Shown piece by piece: positions 1 through 9,540 of a stretch of DNA of 32,000 bases. Position numbers and translations under genes: made by a program. The stretch is from positions 44,393 through 76,392 of the forward strand of contig NZ_JHXR01000019.1 in the NCBI RefSeq assembly GCF_000621645.1. Reading direction: 5' to 3'. Position 1 is the first letter of the stretch, and every line of letters begins with the position of its first letter. The notes under the pieces are model-generated. The model did no database searches. It had not been told where the DNA came from and worked only from the letters and a program-made list of their open reading frames with translations. Origin of the DNA: Vibrio cholerae ATCC 14035. Lineage in GTDB: Bacteria; Pseudomonadota; Gammaproteobacteria; Enterobacterales; Vibrionaceae.

Positions 1-673
1 CACGCAAGTTAGAGTGGCCGATTTGCAGCACCACAGGTTGCTCTGGCGCATCAAGCAATTTCACCAGCTCAAGCACCCCTTTACGCGGCACAATGATCTG
101 CTTTTGCGCAAAATCCGCACCGAGCTGAGCTTGCGCCACCGCCATACGGTGACCATCAGTCGCCACAGAACGCAAGGTGGTGCCATCAATTTCAAACAGC
201 ATGCCGTTTAAGTAGTAGCGTACATCTTGGTTGGCCATAGAAAACTGCGTTTTCTCAATCAGGCCACGCAGTTCCGCTTGAGTGAGCGAAACTTGCACTT
301 CACTTTGCCAATCTTCAATGTTCGGAAAATCACTGGCAGGTAAGGTGGCGAGTGAGAAACGGCTACGACCAGAACGCACTTGAATGCGATCGCCTTCAAG
401 CAGCACAGTGATCACCGCACTATCGGGCAAACCACGGCAAATATCTAAAAACTTACGCGCAGGAACGGTAATACTGCCTGCTTCAAATTCACCTTCTAAC
501 GTCACACGGCTGATCAGTTCCACTTCCAAATCGGTGGCGGTCATCGACAGTTGATTCTCTTCCACCTTGAGCAACAAATTACCCAAGATCGGCAAGCTGG
601 CGCGACCACCTAAAGTGCCAGACACCTGCTGCAATGGTTTAATCAAGTGGCTACGTTCAATGGTAAATTTCAT
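1..673 (-). CDS. dnaN: DNA polymerase III beta sliding clamp, N-terminal ~224 codons (gene continues beyond the left edge)
   Basis: Reverse strand from ATG at 673..671 reads MKFTIERSHLIKPLQQVSG..., the conserved DnaN N-terminus. It starts 57 bp downstream of the dnaA stop, as in the conserved dnaA-dnaN operon. It is absent from the ORF track because no stop lies inside the window. Confidence 0.93.
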   Translation of the reverse strand, partial: MKFTIERSHLIKPLQQVSGTLGGRASLPILGNLLLKVEENQLSMTATDLEVELISRVTLEGEFEAGSITVPARKFLDICRGLPDSAVITVLLEGDRIQVRSGRSRFSLATLPASDFPNIEDWQSEVQVSLTQAELRGLIEKTQFSMANQDVRYYLNGMLFEIDGTTLRSVATDGHRMAVAQAQLGADFAQKQIIVPRKGVLELVKLLDAPEQPVVLQIGHSNLR

Positions 674-730
674 AGTCTTCTCTTAAACGGGTGAAAGCGA
701 AATACGCAAGTGCGCTAACCATAGCGCAAA

Positions 731-2134
731 TTAAGAGGAAAGCGTACGAATCAGGTTCGAATAATCTTCTTTGATATCGTGACTCTCTTCGCGCAACTGC
801 TCGATTTTACGGCAAGCGTGTAACACAGTCGTGTGGTCACGGCCGCCAAACGCATCGCCAATCTCTGGCAAGCTGTGGTTGGTCAGCTCTTTAGCCAGTG
901 CCATCGCCAATTGACGAGGACGAGCGACTGAGCGCGAACGGCGTTTTGAGAGCAGATCCGCCACTTTAATTTTGTAGTATTCGGCAACGGTCTTCTGAAT
1001 ATTATCAATCGTGACCAGCTTTTCTTGCAGCGCTAATAAGTCACGCAGTGCTTCACGCACGAAATCAATCGTGATTGGGCGACCGGTAAAGTTGGCGTTG
1101 GCAATCACGCGGTTCAGTGCGCCTTCCAACTCACGCACGTTAGAGCGCAGGCGTTTCGCAATAAAGAAAGCCACTTCATCCGGCAGATGAATCTGGTGAT
1201 CTTCCGCTTTTTTCATCAAGATCGCGACGCGGGTTTCCAACTCCGGCGGCTCGATCGCCACCGTTAAGCCCCAGCCAAAACGCGATTTGAGACGATCTTC
1301 TACACCACTGATCTCTTTTGGATAGCGGTCAGAAGTCAAAATAATTTGTTGGTTGCCTTCCAGCAGTGCGTTAAAGGTGTGGAAGAACTCTTCCTGCGAA
1401 CGCTCTTTGTTGGCAAAGAATTGAATATCGTCGATCAACAAGGCATCTACACTGCGATAGTAGCGTTTGAATTCTTCAATCGCGTTGTTCTGCAGGGCTT
1501 TTACCATGTCTTGCACGAAACGCTCAGAGTGCATGTACACCACTTTAGCGTTCGGGTTGTTATCAACAATCGCGTTACCCACCGCATGCAGCAAGTGCGT
1601 TTTACCCAAACCGGTGCCGCCATACAAAAAGAGGGGGTTATACGCCGCACCTGGGTTATCAGAGACTTGGCGAGCCGCGGCCAGACCTAACTGGTTAGAT
1701 TTACCTTCCACGAAGTTGTTGAACTTGTGTTTCGGGTTCACATTTGAGCGGTGAGTAATATCAGCCGCAGCACTGTCATCATCCCAGGTTTTATGGATAG
1801 GTTTACGCTGCGCCAATTGCGCAGGCGCCGACGATTCCGCCGCGACATCCGCAGCCGTACGTACAGGCGCGGGTTTTGGCGCCACCACAGGGCGGCTCCC
1901 CACTTCAAAGCGCAAATTAGGCACATCATTGCCACTGAATTCCATCAGCAGACGATTGATGTTATTGAGGTACTTATCGCGTACCCAATCCAACACAAAG
2001 CGGTTCGGGGCGAATAAAGTGAGAGTATTGTCATTGAGCTCCGCTTGAAGCGGACGCACCCACATACTGAATTCTGCGGCAGGTAGCTCTTCCTGAAGCC
2101 GTTGCAAACATTGCAACCATAGCGAAGATGACAC
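731..2134 (-). CDS. dnaA: Chromosomal replication initiator protein DnaA
   Basis: The 472-aa track ORF has the DnaA N-terminal domain ([30 protein letters not shown]), a Walker A ([13 protein letters not shown]), an AAA+ core and a C-terminal DNA-binding domain ([11 protein letters not shown]). The track start at 2149 is a TTG. The in-frame GTG at 2134..2132 gives MSSSLW..., which aligns with the E. coli GTG-initiated N-terminus, so I prefer 2134 (467 aa). The alternative end is 2149. Confidence 0.95.
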   Translation of the reverse strand: MSSSLWLQCLQRLQEELPAAEFSMWVRPLQAELNDNTLTLFAPNRFVLDWVRDKYLNNINRLLMEFSGNDVPNLRFEVGSRPVVAPKPAPVRTAADVAAESSAPAQLAQRKPIHKTWDDDSAAADITHRSNVNPKHKFNNFVEGKSNQLGLAAARQVSDNPGAAYNPLFLYGGTGLGKTHLLHAVGNAIVDNNPNAKVVYMHSERFVQDMVKALQNNAIEEFKRYYRSVDALLIDDIQFFANKERSQEEFFHTFNALLEGNQQIILTSDRYPKEISGVEDRLKSRFGWGLTVAIEPPELETRVAILMKKAEDHQIHLPDEVAFFIAKRLRSNVRELEGALNRVIANANFTGRPITIDFVREALRDLLALQEKLVTIDNIQKTVAEYYKIKVADLLSKRRSRSVARPRQLAMALAKELTNHSLPEIGDAFGGRDHTTVLHACRKIEQLREESHDIKEDYSNLIRTLSS

Positions 2135-2189
2135 GATTCCCTCACTCAAAAATCAACGATCGGTAAAGAGGAACAATTCTACCTGTTGA

Positions 2190-2365
2190 TAACTCAGATC
2201 GCCAGCGCTGGATCGTCGATCCAGTGAATAAGATCTAAGTTATTCACATTATTTTTCGACCGATAACTAAGATCCTCACACATTTTGCCCGTGCTACCCA
2301 CATAAAGATCCACATATCTCAAGATCTTTAGTAGTTATCCCCATGTTTTTGATTTTGATCAGTTA
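2190..2365. promoter_or_regulatory. dnaA upstream control region (GATC cluster plus DnaA boxes), shared with the divergent ABC-transporter operon
   Basis: There are 8 GATC sites, starting at 2197, 2211, 2218, 2232, 2271, 2307, 2323 and 2357, within ~165 bp. There is also one consensus DnaA box and two near-boxes (AGATCCACA 2306..2314, TTATCCCCA 2335..2343). Confidence 0.6.
2240..2248 (+). promoter_or_regulatory. DnaA box TTATTCACA (matches TTATNCACA) upstream of dnaA
   Basis: Exact match to the 9-mer consensus, ~100 bp upstream of the dnaA start. The position is consistent with dnaA autoregulation. Confidence 0.6.
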
Positions 2366-2445
2366 TTGTTAATAACTACTGGTTATTTCTTTTAATGATT
2401 TAATTGCCAGTAGGATATAAACATAAATTATACAGGAGTCACACA

Positions 2446-3192
2446 ATGAAACACTGGTTTAACATCGCTCTGGCTGCCCTAGCCCTTTCTTCTGCCACCG
2501 TTCAGGCAGCTACCGAGGTGAAAGTCGGCATGTCGGGCCGTTATTTCCCCTTCACCTTCGTGAAACAAGACGAGCTGCAAGGCTTTGAAGTGGATGTGTG
2601 GAATGAAATTGGTAAACGTAATGATTATAAGGTCGAGTTTGTTACTGCGAACTTCTCCGGTTTGCTTGGCCTGCTCGAAACTGGGCGCATCGACACCATT
2701 TCTAACCAAATCACTATCACAGATGCACGTAAGGCTAAATATCTATTCTCCGATCCGTATGTGATTGATGGTGCACAAATTACGGTGCGTAAAGGCAATG
2801 AAGCGATTAAAGGCATTGACGATTTAGCGGGCAAAACCGTTGCGGTTAATTTAGGTTCTAACTTTGAACAGCTCCTGCGCAACCATGATAAAGACGGCAA
2901 AATCAACATCAAAACCTACGATACCGGCATTGAACACGATGTGGCTTTAGGCCGTGCCGATGCGTTTGTGATGGATCGTCTGTCTGCGCTTGAGCTGATC
3001 GAAAAGACCGGTTTACCACTGCAACTCGCGGGTTCACCGTTTGAAACTATCGAAAACGCGTGGCCATTTGTGAATAACGAAAAAGGTCAGCAACTGCAAG
3101 GTGAAGTCAATAAAGCGCTCGCCGCCATGCGTGCTGACGGTACATTAAGCCAAATCGCGCTCAAATGGTTCGGTACCGATATCTCGCAATAA
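2446..3192 (+). CDS. Polar amino-acid ABC transporter, periplasmic substrate-binding protein (family 3 SBP, cystine/glutamine-binding-like)
   Basis: Signal peptide MKHWFNIALAALALSSATVQAATEV followed by a typical family-3 SBP body. ATG 2446 is preceded by AGGAG. The track start at 2404 is an upstream TTG extension. Confidence 0.85.
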   Translation: MKHWFNIALAALALSSATVQAATEVKVGMSGRYFPFTFVKQDELQGFEVDVWNEIGKRNDYKVEFVTANFSGLLGLLETGRIDTISNQITITDARKAKYLFSDPYVIDGAQITVRKGNEAIKGIDDLAGKTVAVNLGSNFEQLLRNHDKDGKINIKTYDTGIEHDVALGRADAFVMDRLSALELIEKTGLPLQLAGSPFETIENAWPFVNNEKGQQLQGEVNKALAAMRADGTLSQIALKWFGTDISQ

Positions 3193-3223
3193 TTCTGCTT
3201 CACCAAGCTAGACTCTATTCTAT

Positions 3224-3246
3224 AAAGGTGGGACTTTCCCACCTTT
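3224..3246 (+). terminator. Intra-operon stem-loop (10-bp perfect stem, 3-nt loop) between the SBP and permease genes
   Basis: AAAGGTGGGA-CTT-TCCCACCTTT followed by GATTATTTT. It could be a partial terminator or an mRNA-stabilising hairpin, as is common after SBP genes. Confidence 0.55.
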
Positions 3247-3269
3247 GATTATTTTAGGAAGGAAAGCAG

Positions 3270-3941
3270 ATGGGTTTTGACTTTCACTACATGCTTGAGC
3301 TGCTGCCAATCTTGCTCAAATATCTGGGTACGACTCTGGAAATGGCCAGCTGGGGGCTAGTTTTCGCGCTGATTTTGGCGCTGTTTCTAGCCAATATTCG
3401 GGTATTCAAAGTGCCAGTGTTGGATCCCCTTAGCCAGCTCTACATCAGTTTTTTCCGCGGAACGCCGCTGCTTGTACAGTTATTTTTGCTCTACTACGGT
3501 TTACCGCAAGTCTTCCCCCTGTTGGTTGGGCTTGATGCATTCAGCGCTGCGGTGATCGGTTTAACGCTACATTTTGCCGCTTACATGGCGGAAAGCATTC
3601 GCGCCGCGATCATCGGTATTGATCGCAGCCAAATGGAAGCCAGCTTATCCGTCGGAATGACCACTTCTCAGGCGATGCGCCGGATCATTTTGCCACAAGC
3701 CACACGCGTTGCTCTGCCTTCATTGATGAACTATTTCATTGATATGATCAAATCAACCTCCCTCGCCTTTACCCTTGGCGTGGCTGAGATCATGGCTAAA
3801 GCGCAGATGGAAGCTTCATCCAGTTTCCGTTTTTTCGAAGCCTTCTTGGCGGTAGCCCTCATCTATTGGGTGGTGGTTTTGGTGCTCACTCGCCTGCAAT
3901 CTTGGGCAGAGCAGAAACTCAATAAGGCGTACGCACGATGA
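3270..3941 (+). CDS. Polar amino-acid ABC transporter permease
   Basis: 223 aa and multi-pass hydrophobic, with a HisM/GlnP-type EAA loop region ([26 protein letters not shown]). Confidence 0.88.
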   Translation: MGFDFHYMLELLPILLKYLGTTLEMASWGLVFALILALFLANIRVFKVPVLDPLSQLYISFFRGTPLLVQLFLLYYGLPQVFPLLVGLDAFSAAVIGLTLHFAAYMAESIRAAIIGIDRSQMEASLSVGMTTSQAMRRIILPQATRVALPSLMNYFIDMIKSTSLAFTLGVAEIMAKAQMEASSSFRFFEAFLAVALIYWVVVLVLTRLQSWAEQKLNKAYAR

Positions 3942-4675
3942 TTAAATTGCAGAATATCCACAAAAGGTTTGGTACCAGTGAAGTACTAAAAGGCATTGAT
4001 CTTGAAATCCAACGCGGAGAGATCGTGGTCATCATCGGCTCCAGTGGCACAGGTAAATCCACTCTACTGCGCTGCGTGAACTTTCTTGAGCAAGCCGATC
4101 AGGGCAGTATTCGTATTGATGAACTCACCGTCGATACCCAAAAACATACCAAAGCTGATGTGCTGGCACTGCGCCGTAAAACCGGTTTTGTGTTTCAAAA
4201 CTATGCGCTATTCGCTCATTTAACCGCGCGACAAAACATTGCAGAAGCCTTGATCACGGTACGCGGCTGGAAAAAAGCTCAAGCGCACCAACGAGCACAG
4301 CAAATTCTCGATGATATCGGCCTTGGCGATAAAGGTGATAGCTATCCCGCAGCACTCTCTGGCGGCCAGCAGCAACGGGTTGGGATTGGCCGCGCGATGG
4401 CGCTGCAACCTGAACTGCTGCTGTTCGATGAACCGACCTCCGCCCTCGATCCTGAATGGGTGGGTGAAGTGCTGGCTCTTATGAAAAAATTGGCGACTCA
4501 ACATCAAACCATGTTGGTGGTCACTCATGAGATGCAGTTTGCCAAAGAAGTCGCCGATCGGGTAATCTTTATGGCCGAAGGAAAGATTGTCGAGCAAGGT
4601 TCTCCACAGGATATCTTTGACCATCCACAGGATCCGCGCTTAAGAAAATTCCTCAATCAAGTCGGGATCCGTTAA
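3938..4675 (+). CDS. Polar amino-acid ABC transporter ATP-binding protein
   Basis: Walker [10 protein letters not shown], signature [14 protein letters not shown], Walker [13 protein letters not shown] and an H-loop VVTHEM. The ATGA overlap with the permease stop indicates translational coupling. Confidence 0.92.
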   Translation: MIKLQNIHKRFGTSEVLKGIDLEIQRGEIVVIIGSSGTGKSTLLRCVNFLEQADQGSIRIDELTVDTQKHTKADVLALRRKTGFVFQNYALFAHLTARQNIAEALITVRGWKKAQAHQRAQQILDDIGLGDKGDSYPAALSGGQQQRVGIGRAMALQPELLLFDEPTSALDPEWVGEVLALMKKLATQHQTMLVVTHEMQFAKEVADRVIFMAEGKIVEQGSPQDIFDHPQDPRLRKFLNQVGIR

Positions 4676-4681
4676 GGATCC

Positions 4682-4709
4682 TTGAGATTTTGCGGTTTGT
4701 CCGTATAAT
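4682..4709 (+). promoter_or_regulatory. Candidate distal sigma70 promoter upstream of rpmH (TTGAGA-16 nt-TATAAT)
   Basis: -35 TTGAGA at 4682..4687, a 16-nt spacer, and a consensus -10 TATAAT at 4704..4709. Confidence 0.5.
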
Positions 4710-4785
4710 CGGCCGACCGGAAATAAAGCGGCAACCAGAATGAGCCAGCTCATTGAGTGAGTTCAGACTGGGGAAAACCCAATCA

Positions 4786-4814
4786 TTGACACCTTTTGTG
4801 ACAGTGATTACAAT
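4786..4814 (+). promoter_or_regulatory. Candidate proximal sigma70 promoter of rpmH-rnpA (TTGACA-17 nt-TACAAT)
   Basis: Consensus -35 TTGACA at 4786..4791, a 17-nt spacer, and -10 TACAAT at 4809..4814, ~100 nt upstream of the rpmH ATG. Confidence 0.65.
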
Positions 4815-4916
4815 TCCGCCTCTTTGTTGAGAGGCGTCGGCGTCTTCAGTGAAGACCTTAATGCCCACGCCGGGTTAACCAAGAACCTAAAACTACTGAT
4901 CAGTAAAGGTAACATC

Positions 4917-5054
4917 ATGTCTAAACGCACTTTTCAACCTTCAGTTCTGAAGCGCAAGCGTACTCACGGTTTCCGTGCTCGCATGGCGACTGCGAACGGT
5001 CGTAAAGTTCTGAATGCACGTCGTGCAAAAGGCCGTAAGCGCCTGTCAAAATAA
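4917..5054 (+). CDS. rpmH: 50S ribosomal protein L34
   Basis: [45 protein letters not shown] is the near-invariant L34 sequence (45 aa). The track start at 4824 is a spurious upstream extension. Confidence 0.97.
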   Translation: MSKRTFQPSVLKRKRTHGFRARMATANGRKVLNARRAKGRKRLSK

Positions 5055-5066
5055 TCTCGAATTATT

Positions 5067-5423
5067 TTGAGTACGTACGCATTCAATCGGGAGTTACGTT
5101 TGTTAACTCCCGAACATTATCAAAAAGTCTTCCAGCAAGCTCACAGTGCTGGTTCTCCTCATCTCACAATCATCGCTCGCGCTAATAACCTTTCTCATCC
5201 TCGTTTGGGACTCGCGGTTCCTAAAAAGCAGATCAAAACTGCCGTCGGCCGTAATCGATTCAAACGTATTTGCAGAGAAAGCTTTCGCTTACATCAAAAT
5301 CAACTGGCTAACAAAGATTTTGTTGTCATCGCCAAAAAGAGCGCGCAAGATTTGAGCAATGAAGAACTGTTTAACTTGCTTGGCAAACTATGGCAACGCC
5401 TCTCTCGCCCTTCTCGTGGTTAG
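5067..5423 (+). CDS. rnpA: Ribonuclease P protein component
   Basis: 118 aa and basic, with RELRLLTP and the RNR-type motif ([15 protein letters not shown]). It lies immediately after rpmH and uses a TTG start. Confidence 0.93.
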   Translation: MSTYAFNRELRLLTPEHYQKVFQQAHSAGSPHLTIIARANNLSHPRLGLAVPKKQIKTAVGRNRFKRICRESFRLHQNQLANKDFVVIAKKSAQDLSNEELFNLLGKLWQRLSRPSRG

Positions 5424-5647
5424 CCATTGGTATTGTAAAACTTTACCAGTGGTTTATTAGTCCACTTATCGGCCCACGCTGCCGATTCACTCCTACTTGT
5501 TCCACGTATGCGATAGAAGCGCTGCGAGCTCACGGTTTTATAAAAGGATGTTGGTTATCCACCAAACGTCTATTAAAATGCCACCCTTTGAACGAAGGGG
5601 GCTTTGACCCCGTTCCACCAGTCCAAAAACAAGACAGAGATAAATAA
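5390..5647 (+). CDS. yidD: Membrane protein insertion efficiency factor YidD
   Basis: 85 aa with the conserved YQ..ISP..GP.CRF.PTCS.Y..EA and KR..KCHP...GG.DPVP motifs. It overlaps the rnpA 3' end by 34 nt and lies directly upstream of yidC. Confidence 0.9.
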   Translation: MATPLSPFSWLAIGIVKLYQWFISPLIGPRCRFTPTCSTYAIEALRAHGFIKGCWLSTKRLLKCHPLNEGGFDPVPPVQKQDRDK

Positions 5648-5649
5648 CG

Positions 5650-7275
5650 ATGGATTCTCAACGTAATATCTTGTTAATCGCTCTGGCGCTGGTTTCTTTC
5701 CTACTGTTTCAACAATGGCAAGTAGCGAAGAACCCTGCACCGCAAGCGACACAGCAGGCCCAATCCACAGGCGCAGCTCCTGCTCCTTCATTTTCCGATG
5801 AGTTAGATCCAACGCCTGCACAAAATGTGGCGGCGAAGGCCAAGACCATTACCGTCTCAACCGATGTACTGACTCTGTCTATTGATACGCTCGGCGGCGA
5901 TGTGGTTAGCGCAAAACTGAATCAATACTCAGAAGAGCTCAATTCGCCTGAGTCTTTTGTCTTGTTGCAAAACACCCAAGGCCATCAGTTTATTGCTCAA
6001 AGTGGTTTAGTCGGCCCACAAGGCATTGACGTCACTAGCAATAATCGTCCCGCTTACCAAGTGAGTGCCGATAGTTTCACTCTGGCCGAAGGCCAAGATG
6101 AACTGCGCATTCCTATGACCTATCAAGCCAATGGCATTGACTACACGAAAACCTTCATTCTTAAGCGTGGTAGCTACGCCGTGGATGTGGTGTTTGACGT
6201 CGCCAATAACTCAGGTAGCGAAGCCACACTAGGTATGTATGCTCACCTGCGCCAAAATCTGCTGGATTCTGGTGGCAACCTCGCCATGCCAACTTACCGT
6301 GGTGGTGCTTACTCAACCAGCGATGTGCGTTACAAGAAGTACAGCTTCGACGACATGAAAGATCGCAACCTCAGTGCACCAAACGATGTGACGGTAAACT
6401 GGGTCGCGATGATCCAGCACTACTTCGCTTCAGCATGGATCCCACGTGATGAGCCGCAAGCACAGCTTTACTCACGCGTTATCAATAATTTAGGTGATAT
6501 GGGTATCCGTACACCAAACAAAACCATTGCCAACGGTGATAAAGCAGAGTTTGAAGCAACCTTATGGGTAGGCCCAAAACTGCAAGACCAAATGGCTGCA
6601 ACAGCGCCTAATCTTGATCTGGTGGTTGATTATGGTTGGTTGTGGTTCATTGCTAAGCCACTGCACTGGTTGCTGTCTGTGATTCAGACCTTTGTTGGCA
6701 ACTGGGGTGTGGCCATCATCTGCTTAACCTTTATTGTTCGTGGTGCGATGTACCCACTGACCAAAGCACAGTACACCTCAATGGCGAAAATGCGCATGCT
6801 GCAACCAAAACTGCAAGCGATGCGTGAGCGGATTGGCGATGATCGCCAGCGCATGAGCCAAGAGATGATGGAGCTGTATAAGAAAGAGAAAGTAAACCCA
6901 CTGGGTGGCTGTCTCCCTATCCTTCTGCAAATGCCGATTTTCATTGCGCTGTACTGGGCACTGATGGAGTCGGTAGAGCTGCGTCACTCTCCATTCTTTG
7001 GTTGGATTCATGACTTGTCCGCGCAAGATCCTTACTACATCTTGCCACTGCTGATGGGTGCGAGCATGTTCGTTATCCAGAAGATGAGCCCGACCACGAT
7101 CACCGATCCAATGCAACAGAAGATCATGACCTTCATGCCAGTGATGTTCACTTTCTTCTTCCTGTGGTTCCCATCAGGCTTGGTTCTGTACTGGTTGGTG
7201 TCGAACATCGTAACGCTCATCCAGCAAACGCTGATCTACAAAGCGCTAGAGAAAAAAGGCTTACACTCCAAGTAA
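5650..7275 (+). CDS. yidC: Membrane protein insertase YidC
   Basis: 541 aa with an N-terminal TM segment, a large periplasmic domain and the conserved C-terminal 60-kDa insertase core ([37 protein letters not shown]...). Confidence 0.96.
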   Translation: MDSQRNILLIALALVSFLLFQQWQVAKNPAPQATQQAQSTGAAPAPSFSDELDPTPAQNVAAKAKTITVSTDVLTLSIDTLGGDVVSAKLNQYSEELNSPESFVLLQNTQGHQFIAQSGLVGPQGIDVTSNNRPAYQVSADSFTLAEGQDELRIPMTYQANGIDYTKTFILKRGSYAVDVVFDVANNSGSEATLGMYAHLRQNLLDSGGNLAMPTYRGGAYSTSDVRYKKYSFDDMKDRNLSAPNDVTVNWVAMIQHYFASAWIPRDEPQAQLYSRVINNLGDMGIRTPNKTIANGDKAEFEATLWVGPKLQDQMAATAPNLDLVVDYGWLWFIAKPLHWLLSVIQTFVGNWGVAIICLTFIVRGAMYPLTKAQYTSMAKMRMLQPKLQAMRERIGDDRQRMSQEMMELYKKEKVNPLGGCLPILLQMPIFIALYWALMESVELRHSPFFGWIHDLSAQDPYYILPLLMGASMFVIQKMSPTTITDPMQQKIMTFMPVMFTFFFLWFPSGLVLYWLVSNIVTLIQQTLIYKALEKKGLHSK

Positions 7276-7295
7276 GTTTGATTGAGTAATAAAGA

Positions 7296-7319
7296 GGCGG
7301 CCAAAAGGTCGCCTTTTTG
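7296..7319 (+). terminator. Rho-independent terminator-like hairpin after yidC
   Basis: GGCGGCC-AAAA-GGTCGCC (7-bp stem with one G.U pair) followed by TTTTTG. Confidence 0.6.
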
Positions 7320-7368
7320 TTGGCTGCTGATTACAATGGCGCTAATTCAATCCTGTTCAGGTAACACT

Positions 7369-8730
7369 ATGACAACAGATACCATTGTCGCGCAAGCTAC
7401 GGCACTCGGCCGTGGTGGTGTCGGCATTATCCGTGTATCAGGCCCACTGGCTGCCCACGTCGCGCAGACAGTCACTGGACGCACGCTCAGACCCCGCTAT
7501 GCCGAATACTTGCCTTTCACCGATGAAGATGGCCAACAGCTCGATCAAGGCATTGCGCTGTTTTTCCCCAATCCTCATTCATTTACCGGTGAAGATGTGC
7601 TTGAGCTGCAAGGTCACGGTGGCCCGGTCGTCATGGATATGCTGATCCGCCGTATTTTGCAGATTAAAGGAGTGCGCCCAGCCCGTCCCGGTGAATTCTC
7701 AGAACGCGCTTTCCTCAATGACAAGATGGATTTAACCCAAGCGGAAGCCATCGCAGACCTGATTGATGCCAGCTCTGAGCAAGCCGCGAAATCCGCGCTG
7801 CAATCACTGCAAGGCGAGTTTTCTAAACGCATCCATACCTTGGTGGAATCGCTGATTCACCTGCGCATCTATGTTGAAGCCGCAATTGATTTCCCAGAAG
7901 AAGAGATCGATTTTCTGGCCGATGGTAAGGTTTCCGCTGATCTGCAAACCATCATAGATAATCTTGCCGCAGTGCGCCGTGAAGCCAACCAAGGTGCCAT
8001 TATGCGCGAAGGGATGAAGGTGGTGATTGCTGGGCGTCCTAACGCGGGTAAATCGAGCCTACTCAATGCGCTTTCGGGGAAAGAGTCTGCCATCGTCACC
8101 GACATTGCCGGTACCACCCGTGATGTTCTGCGTGAGCATATCCATATTGATGGGATGCCGCTGCACATCATCGATACCGCGGGACTACGAGACGCTTCTG
8201 ATGCGGTAGAAAAAATTGGTATTGAGCGCGCGTGGGAAGAGATCCGCCAAGCCGATCGCGTACTGTTTATGGTCGATGGCACCACCACAGAGGCCACCGA
8301 TCCACAGGACATCTGGCCTGACTTTGTTGACAAACTGCCAGAGAATATTGGGATCACTGTGATCCGTAATAAAGCCGATCAAACCGGTGAACCACTTGGG
8401 ATCTGCCATGTTAATCAACCCACCTTGATCCGCCTATCAGCCAAAACAGGCCAAGGGGTCGATGCCTTGCGTCAGCACCTCAAAGAGTGCATGGGTTTTT
8501 CAGGCAATCAGGAAGGTGGCTTCATGGCACGCCGCCGTCATCTCGATGCCCTAGAGCGAGCCGCAGAGCACTTAGCGATTGGCCAGCAACAACTTGAAGG
8601 CTATATGGCCGGAGAAATCCTCGCCGAAGAGCTGCGTATAGCCCAGCAACACCTTAACGAAATTACGGGCGAGTTCAGCTCCGATGATCTGCTTGGCCGC
8701 ATTTTTTCATCATTCTGTATTGGGAAATAG
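7369..8730 (+). CDS. mnmE: tRNA modification GTPase MnmE (TrmE/ThdF)
   Basis: [26 protein letters not shown]-terminus, G-domain motifs [12 protein letters not shown] / DTAG / NKAD, and the C-terminal CIGK motif. ATG 7369 gives 453 aa. The track start at 7282 reads through the yidC terminator and is rejected. Confidence 0.95.
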   Translation: MTTDTIVAQATALGRGGVGIIRVSGPLAAHVAQTVTGRTLRPRYAEYLPFTDEDGQQLDQGIALFFPNPHSFTGEDVLELQGHGGPVVMDMLIRRILQIKGVRPARPGEFSERAFLNDKMDLTQAEAIADLIDASSEQAAKSALQSLQGEFSKRIHTLVESLIHLRIYVEAAIDFPEEEIDFLADGKVSADLQTIIDNLAAVRREANQGAIMREGMKVVIAGRPNAGKSSLLNALSGKESAIVTDIAGTTRDVLREHIHIDGMPLHIIDTAGLRDASDAVEKIGIERAWEEIRQADRVLFMVDGTTTEATDPQDIWPDFVDKLPENIGITVIRNKADQTGEPLGICHVNQPTLIRLSAKTGQGVDALRQHLKECMGFSGNQEGGFMARRRHLDALERAAEHLAIGQQQLEGYMAGEILAEELRIAQQHLNEITGEFSSDDLLGRIFSSFCIGK

Positions 8731-9174
<444 letters not shown>

Positions 9175-9193
9175 ATAATGACCTATTCCATGC

Positions 9194-9221
9194 AGAGCGG
9201 CTTAATGCCGCTCTTTTTTTT
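9194..9221 (+). terminator. Strong rho-independent terminator after mioC
   Basis: AGAGCGGC-TTAAT-GCCGCTCT is a perfect 8-bp GC-rich stem running into an 8-T tract (9214..9221). Confidence 0.85.
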
Positions 9222-9225
9222 GGAT

Positions 9226-9234
9226 TGTGGATAA
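9226..9234 (-). promoter_or_regulatory. DnaA box (TGTGGATAA, reverse complement TTATCCACA)
   Basis: Perfect 9-mer consensus. Confidence 0.8.
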
Positions 9235-9283
9235 ATTTAACGGTAGTGAAAAAATTGATTGATGCTTTTTCAATCAAATCTCA

Positions 9284-9292
9284 TGTGGATAA
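9284..9292 (-). promoter_or_regulatory. DnaA box (TGTGGATAA, reverse complement TTATCCACA)
   Basis: Perfect 9-mer consensus. Confidence 0.8.
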
Positions 9293-9322
9293 CTATACGA
9301 TTATCCGGTGATCTTCCTATAG

Positions 9323-9331
9323 TTATCCATA
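9323..9331 (+). promoter_or_regulatory. Near-consensus DnaA box (TTATCCATA, one mismatch)
   Basis: 8 of 9 positions match TTATCCACA, inside oriC. Confidence 0.55.
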
Positions 9332-9357
9332 TAACAAGTTTTAGATCCCAAGGTGGC

Positions 9358-9366
9358 TGTGTATAA
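9358..9366 (-). promoter_or_regulatory. DnaA box (TGTGTATAA, reverse complement TTATACACA)
   Basis: Matches TTATNCACA. Confidence 0.75.
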
Positions 9367-9463
9367 CATAGGTTTTTGATCCCAGCTAATCCTTGAACAG
9401 ATCAGTGGTTGATCACACGATCTGATCCTTCTGAATCGCATGATCTTGTTGATCATTTTTCAC

Positions 9464-9472
9464 TTATCCACA
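9464..9472 (+). promoter_or_regulatory. DnaA box (TTATCCACA)
   Basis: Perfect 9-mer consensus, adjacent to the AT-rich region. Confidence 0.8.
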
Positions 9473-9502
9473 AAGATCCTGCTCCTTAATAGTAGCTCTA
9501 AT

Positions 9503-9540
9503 AAAAAGATCTCTATATAGATCTTTATATATATTTAATG
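9503..9540. repeat. AT-rich DNA-unwinding element with tandem GATCT-initiated repeats
   Basis: AAAAAGATCTCTATATAGATCTTTATATATATTTAATG. The two GATCT-led units begin at 9508 and 9520, a 12-bp period, and resemble the E. coli 13-mer GATCTnTTnTTTT. Confidence 0.7.

Noticed and set aside
7282-7368. N-terminal extensions proposed by the ORF track for mnmE (7282), mnmG (9610), atpA (16649), the SBP (2404), rpmH (4824) and the MFS gene (23907).
   Set aside because: The extensions use TTG/GTG codons without ribosome-binding sites. They run through terminators, oriC flank or the preceding gene. They also add residues absent from the conserved N-termini, and internal ATGs with Shine-Dalgarno sequences restore canonical protein lengths.
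9438-9458. TTGATCATT / ATGATCAACAAG within oriC, which resembles the GATC-containing RctB 11/12-mer iterons of Vibrio chromosome II.
   Set aside because: Only the ATGATCAA core matches my recollection of the iteron, and I cannot verify the consensus without a search. GATC-containing AT-rich words are expected in any Dam-regulated origin.
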